Assembly: GCA_000934665.2 (NCBI GenBank) | Contig: KZ537961.1 | Span: 62,001 to 126,000 of the forward strand | Origin: Catajapyx aquilonaris | Lineage: Eukaryota | Direction: 5' to 3' | DNA: 64,000 nt | In this document: positions 57,844-64,000 of the stretch, in pieces | Position numbering within the stretch: the stretch's first letter is position 1 | Layout of the letters: the number at the start of each line of letters is the position of its first letter | Position numbers and translations under genes: made by a program | Notes under the pieces: model-generated | Databases searched by the model: none | What the model was told of the DNA's origin: nothing | What the model saw: the letters and a program-made list of their open reading frames with translations, nothing else

Positions 57844-59924
57844 TCATGCCTGCCTGTATGTCAAGCAGAATCCAACATTCTCTATATCAAATGCTGGGTC
57901 TTCCATATCGTCTGTTTCCACATGAATAACGAATGGTTTGGCTGAAGCTGAAAGCAAAATGATTGCATGAATTTCAGTCCGAGTATGTTCAGGGTTCCAA
58001 AGACACTTACTTGTAATGGCCTCGTTCTTAGAAGGAGTGTTAGGCATAGCGGGCAAGCGAGTGAGAGCAGTCCCGCAGAAGACGCTATCCGAATTACCCG
58101 GGATTGTTTCCCCGGGAACAGGATATTCTCCCCTTCCCAACATTTGAATGTAATCTTTCATGCAATTTTGGTCTTGGAAAGCGATGGCGGAAATGGTGGT
58201 ATCTCCACTCATGGAGAAGGATTTCTGATCGCACACGCGCCACTGCCAAAAACGAAAGTGAGTCGAAGAAAATTAAAATTTGCAAGAAAAATCCTTAAAA
58301 TTGGATAAAATTATATGTTTGTAAGTCAAATCTATTATAAGTGTACTCTAAATTGTCCCTCTAGACTCGAGAGGGTGGTGGACTGACAGTGTTTTAATGG
58401 TCTTAATACGTCCAAACTTGATTAAGGATCAATTGGGGAGGATTACCGTCGCTCAAGTCGCATATTCCTACTCTATACATTCGAGTATATAGGCCTGCAG
58501 AGGAATTTGCCAGGAGAAATAATCACGCTTGTTTACAATGAACGACGAGTCACATTTCACCCCATCCCATCGTTGGAAGTGTCAACATGCCCAGTTAATC
58601 ACTGCTACAGTATTTAGATCTTTTACTGAGAATTTGTACCGAGCAAGACATATAATGTACATACCGTAATGCTGTCCCTTCCAACTTCCCTCCTCACGCA
58701 CAATGTGTACGTCAAATTGGCCAAATGAGGTGGCTGACTGGGATTGTATCCAAGTATTTCCACTCGTCCCATACCACCATTATCATAATAATACTGCAGA
58801 CAACCATCCGGAGCTGTGGTAACACATGCAAATAAGGCGGCATAAAATTACATTCCCTCTCACCAGATTTTGATATAAGTTACTCATCTTTCATTTCACA
58901 TTTACCGGTGACACTGTACCTTTGAGTAGTGAAGTGCATTCAATCATTTGAATCCTAGTCCTCCATGATTTTGGACCTATTCCCATGTAGTTTAGTGTTA
59001 TGTAGTCACTTCCTCCAAAATCCGCATACACTGAGTGTAACAAATAAACACATTATGCAATGCACCAATATATTCATAGTACGTGACAAAATAATATTGA
59101 AATACGAATGACTTACTGTGCTCGTTGCGGAATTGTCCACAAAGCTCAGGTAGTTTTGTCTGACTATTAGAATTATCCATCACAATAAAACGTGCGTCTT
59201 GGCAAACACCGTTTACATCTGGTTTTGGCAAATTGAAATCTAGAAAATCTAGGCGAATTTGGCAAATGTTTGGTTGCTGAAATTTGAGCAATAACTTCCT
59301 TAAATACCTGCCAATTTTCATGTGGCACACTATACATCATGTGAAAACTCACCCTTCTGACAGTCACGGCACAGTCACCGCCGCCCATCGTTGATGACGG
59401 ATAATTCGCATTTTGAAAATAAGTGACGTTTTGTGTCACTATTCCACCGCACGTAGCAGTAACTAAAATCAAGTTTCCATATTTGTAACCCAACATTACC
59501 CTACTATTTCGACAAAATACTTACACACACAGCAAACTCCAAATCCTTTAGCACACGTTCCACTACTTTGTCCTCCTCGTTTCATACACTCAAACCTGAA
59601 AATGCGTCAAGTTTCGTATCGCATAGCATCTATATCTCAGTAGCGTGATTTACAAATACTGCAACATGCATAACTTACGATGTGAAGCAAGTTCCCATAT
59701 CACCACTAGCTGCAGTACAAGTACCGGGTATGATGGTAATAATAAATGGAAACACTGCAATAATAAATATAGCCGGTTGTAATCACATTATAAAAGCGAT
59801 TATATGAAGCAAATAACTAACATTTGCCATTTCGTTCAAATGAAGTCGATTTATGCTCCACTTCCGTGCACTGAGAAAACCCCACTAATGAAAAAGACAG
59901 AAACGCAAGAAATATGAGCGACAT
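57844..59924 (-). CDS. G19: secreted CUB-domain-like protein, duplicate of G17
   Basis: MSLIFLAFLSFSLVGFSQC; same 9 exons as G17; YFQNANYPSSTMGGGDCAVTVRR; ends NVGFCLTYRQA*; TATAAA at 59977-59982. Confidence 0.85.
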
Positions 59925-61149
59925 CGTGAGAGTTGCTCCAGGTGACAAATGGGACTTTCACGGATCTTTCCAACACTTTATAAGATTCACGGGGTTCAGA
60001 TAGGCCACAGTGACGTTATTCACACAACCCATGTGTGTGTGCGTACAAATTCCAACGCAAATAGCATATTTGCACAAACCCCTGAATATACATCCAGCCA
60101 GAGACTGTGCAAAAGCCCTAACCTCATGATAAGATTTGCTAAAAGTCACAATAAGTCATGAAATCCTTGTTAATGCTCTAATCCCAGCAGTAAAACATCC
60201 CATTATTATCTTTTGAGGAAAAGTCAGCATGTCTTTAAACAGCCCAATGTTGCAGTGTAAATGAAGCTTGTCTCCTTTACAAGTGGGTCGGTGGTATAGA
60301 TGGACCGTTAAGACCACAGAGCAGCTTCCGTGCTGGAAACCAGGTTGACTCCTGCTGACCCCACAACCAGGAATCAACAATAGCCTTCCAAGGCCCTTCG
60401 CACATTTCTTATTTGGCACCAAGAGGAACGCGCTTCTACTTTATCTCTATGTAGGACGTAGTGACCAACCGGATGGCCAAGGCCGAGATGGCAGCTCTTA
60501 GACCACTTCTGAAGAAAAAAAAATGCGCCTACTTTTTCAGACACGTGGTTCGATCACAGCTAGTTAGATGGAGTTGGCAGAAAGGGGATGCTGACTATAG
60601 AGACTTTTGCGGGCACGTGGCGAAGTATGTCCGACCGTTATTGGCGGTTATTGCCAATAACCGCCAATGCCGGTTCTTTAGTTTGTTCATTTTGAGCGAA
60701 TAGACGTATCTAGATTACTGTTCCGGTTTTACTATTTGTTGATTACTCAACTTTGTTCTACAAGTGCTGCCTCCTATAGCCAGCAGTCACGCACACAACC
60801 TTTTACCAGACCACATAAGGTTGTTTGAATAGTCTATTCATATTTGTCAGGAAATATATTAAGCAAATTTGGAAGACGCCTCTTGTCCCCACCGCTTTCT
60901 TTTCATGTAAATTACCTATTCGTCCCAACCCCCCTGGTGGAAACAGCCCAGATGACTAGGATTTATGGACCCTTGGTCAAAATCGCTAATCTGTCAGGTG
61001 ATAAGCATAAGGTCCCTTATTCGTGTAATGGAATAACAGTTATTTCAAAACATTTGACTTATTTTGTGCCATAGAAAAGTGAGCCAGGAGTGTGAGAGCA
61101 AAATGTGCTACATAACTGAATTCAATGTCTTAAACCTTTGGGCCATGTG

Positions 61150-61299
61150 CAGTCCCCCAGGAGGTTAGGTTGCCAGACACCTCCTTGGTGCAGGTCAGAG
61201 ACCCGACGCAGGTGGAAGGGAACTCCCAGGCGGGGATCGAACATGGGACCTTCCACTCAGCAAGCCGAGACGTTACCATCTCGGCCACCACACCTCCCC
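61150..61299 (-). mobile_element. tRNA-derived SINE (family C) 5' part
   Basis: Reverse complement GGGGAGGTGTGGTGGCCGAGATGGTAACGTCTCGGC..GTTCGATCCCCGCC..GGCAACCTAACCTCCTGGGGG; 3' extent unclear. Confidence 0.85.
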
Positions 61300-61662
61300 A
61301 TCTGTAGTTAAATCAAGGTGTCATGGAGAAGAAGTGTCGCCAAATAACTGAGTAAAATTGCCTTTGTTTCACTTCAAAATTTAAAAAATATCCTGATCCA
61401 GGAGAGTAACATGAAAACTCGGGACAGTGTAGTATCGTTAAGTACCACTTGCTCACTGCACGTCACCATACCGGACAATATATTTTGAAAATGTGATTAA
61501 TTGTTCCATCTCATCAGTACCGTATATGACAAGAGTGTCCCAAGAATGGTTACTGACCTTATATAAAGATAAGCAGCATACGCCGTAATTTTTCGCGCAC
61601 ATTCCACTTACAACCCCGTCTCTTCTCTTACACTCATAATGATTGCAACATAAATTATGGCA

Positions 61663-61667
<5 letters not shown>

Positions 61668-61729
<62 letters not shown>

Positions 61730-61788
61730 TTAGTTTACCCCGTGATGAACCTTATGGGTGCTATAGGGGGGTGGCATACCACCATCAG

Positions 61789-61837
<49 letters not shown>

Positions 61838-62866
61838 GTCCCTAAATGATTGTCAACATTTGAAAGTTGCTTAATTTCTATTAGTTGCGGTGTGCAATGA
61901 CAAGACAGACATAGAATGAAAGAGCACATTTGGGAGTTTTTATTGCACACACTAGAAGTGCTCAATATGAGCACCTTTCGTCACACGACATGATAGTCTA
62001 ATTCTCTACACAGGCCAGCATGTCTGATGTGATTGATTCCACAGCAGCAACAATCCTGCGTTTCAACTCACACAGGCTGGTAGGTAGCCGTGGTACGAAG
62101 ACCTGGTCCTTTACATATACCCTGAGGGAAAAAAGTCACATGGGGTGAGGTCGGGAGACCTTGGCGGCCACTGGAGAAAACCCAGATCTTGCTGACCGGC
62201 ATGCCCGATCCGCCAATCCTTGCCCTTGCAAAGGCATCCCGTCGTCTGAAACTTCTGGAACCACCGTTGAATTATTGTAGGGAGGGGCGTAACGTCCTCC
62301 GTACTGTCGCCGTAAGGCCTGCTGAACAGTAACTACCGAACCAAGCTTCGCAAACTGCAGGACACGGAACGTTTTCTGTTCGGGAGACACCATTTTGTGG
62401 AGTGGCCCTGTGTGCCTCGCGGCAAAGTGCGGAACCAACTTTTCTGTGTGCAATAAAAACTCCCAAATGTGCTCTTTCGTTCTATGTCTGTCTTGTCATT
62501 GCACACCGCATCTAATAGAAATTAAGCAACTTTCAAAAGTTGACAATCATTTAGGGACACCCTGTATATATATACATATATTGTATACAGTATTTTCTGC
62601 TTCATTCTCCGGTGCAAGGAAACAGGGACAATGGGAAAGGATAGGGATTTTTGGGGAGGGAACAGGTGTGCAAGGTGCAATGTCGTAGCTAATGGGTCAT
62701 GTGTTGTTCCCCAGGAGGTTAGGTTGCCAGACACCTCCTTATTGGTGCAGGTCAGAGACCCTCCCGACGCAGGTGAAAGGAAAGTTCCCCAGGCGGGGAT
62801 CGAACCTGGGGCCTTTCACTCAGCAAGCCGTGACGTTTCCATCACGGCCACCACACCTCCCCTTAA
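61668..62866 (-). mobile_element. Full-length family C SINE with (TAA)n tail, interrupted by a mariner-type element
   Basis: tRNA head at about 62790-62863, (TTA)n at 61664-61727 on plus strand, 9-bp TSD GGCAGTTAT at 61659-61667 and 62867-62875. Confidence 0.75.
61832..62564 (-). mobile_element. Internally deleted Tc1/mariner-superfamily transposon (rosa/maT-like) in a (TA)n tract
   Basis: About 120-bp TIRs starting (C/T)AGGGTGTCCCTAAATGATTGTCAAC, TA flanks; remnants of N-terminal MVSPEQKTFRVLQFAKLGSVVTVQ (DUF4817-like HTH) and C-terminal WPPRSPDLTPCDFF..YVKDQV..GAHIEH. Confidence 0.9.
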
Positions 62867-63431
62867 GGCAGTTATCACTTATTGAATGAGTCTTCACAAA
62901 ATTACTCACTGCATGGGAATAGCAAGTTCCATAATATTCTCCGTCATTCCGCTAAAAAAATAAAATGATTATTACCGAAGACAAATTAATAATATTGATC
63001 GACGCACTTGTCAACCATTGATGTAGAGGCTATAACACACTTCATCGAGTAATATGGACTCCAATGCACTGGCCTACAGGTCTTAAGTCGCCGAATAGCA
63101 CCAGCAAGGTAATGGCGGATTACCTCCACGACCAGCCTCTTCCGCCCGGATCTACCGATGATCTCCCTTATAGGCCATTGAAACTACAATGTCGCTCCAG
63201 TTTTCTCGGTTGTCAATATCCTGAGTAATGAGGCTGCAGTCCAGGGCACATCTTTAAACATGTGATGGTTTCATGACAAACGCACCTTACACATGAACCT
63301 GAATTATTGCACCCCTAATTCTCTAACGTTAAGGCCCATTATTACGCATAATTTATTATAATATTGCAGAAGGTACATTTTGCATCAAGAGTGCGCTGTG
63401 CAGCAGTAGTGAGCCGCAGTTCAATGCAGGG

Positions 63432-64000
63432 TCATGCCTGCCAGTATGTCAAGCAGAATCCAACGTTGTCTTTATCACCGCTTGCGGTTTCCAAAGCGTC
63501 TGTTTCCACATGAATGGCGAATGGTTTGGCAGAAGCTGAAAGTCAAATTATTGTAGGTTTCTCTCCAATCAAGTGAAAATCTGCATAAGACACTTACTTT
63601 TAATGGGCTGGTTCGGCGAAGCAGTCTGGTCAGAAGAGGCCTGACGATTGAGAGCAGTCTCACAGAAAACAGTATCTGAATAACCCGGCGGCCCCCCGGT
63701 AGCATCAAGAATTTCTTCTCTTCCCAACATTTGAATGTAATCCTTCTCGCAATTAGTGTCTTGTAAAGCGATGGCGGTAATTGTGGCATCTCCACTCATG
63801 GAGAAGGATTTATCATCGCACACTTTCCACTGCCAAAAATGTGACATAGCCGGTGTTTCATTTGAGGGTCTTTTTGTACCTTACATGGTATACATACCGT
63901 AATGCTGTCCCTTCCAACTTCCCTCCTCACGCATGAAGTGTACTTCAAATTGGCCAAATGAGGTGGCAGACTGGGATTGTATCCAAGTATTTTCACTTGC
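63432..64000 (-). CDS. G20: 3' part (exons 7-9) of another family member, 5' end outside window
   Basis: ILGYNPSLPPHLANLKYTSCVRRE / WKVCDDKSFSMSGDA..DYIQMLGR..VFCET / KPFAIHVETD..NVGFCLTYWQA*; FCG>FCE change may indicate decay. Confidence 0.75.

Larger units (their letters stand above)
61425..62942 (-). pseudogene. Relic R3: exon 2-4 fragments of a G13-like copy split by a composite TE insertion
   Basis: 61425-61660 matches G13 39075-39280; 62867-62942 matches 39278-39352, then jumps to the equivalent of 39849 (exon 1 and promoter deleted). Confidence 0.75.

Overview
Eukaryotic, intron-rich, AT-rich DNA, almost certainly from an arthropod (it carries a classic RR-2 cuticular protein gene). 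Nearly the whole window is one tandem array of paralogous secreted CUB-domain-like genes: 21 recognisable copies (labelled G0-G20; all on the minus strand except G0) plus three relics. The typical model has 9 exons: signal peptide; 6-Cys N-terminal module (C..G.C / C..GG..G.CA..GVCC); FQNP.YP; CQ[IV]RLDF..LCG.F..QH; W.I.I..I.C; APDGCLQY..HLANL.Y..CVR.E; FSM..C..DYIQ..FCG; PF.I.V.T..N.GFCL.Y.Q. About 13 complete copies show no lesion I could see, one (G8) is intact only under an unusual splice route, two run off the window edges and five are disrupted. The array shows active remodelling: a clade with a conserved 25-nt micro-exon whose split codon rebuilds a cysteine, copies lacking the Cys-rich module, chimeric genes, a paralog exon inserted inside the equivalent exon, and traceable segmental duplications. 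Intergenic and intronic DNA holds tRNA-derived SINEs (one with a V-like domain), Harbinger-, piggyBac- and Tc1/mariner-type non-autonomous elements (some nested) and microsatellites. Gene models were built by eye from splice signals and paralog comparison; no database search was run and the function of the family is not known to me.
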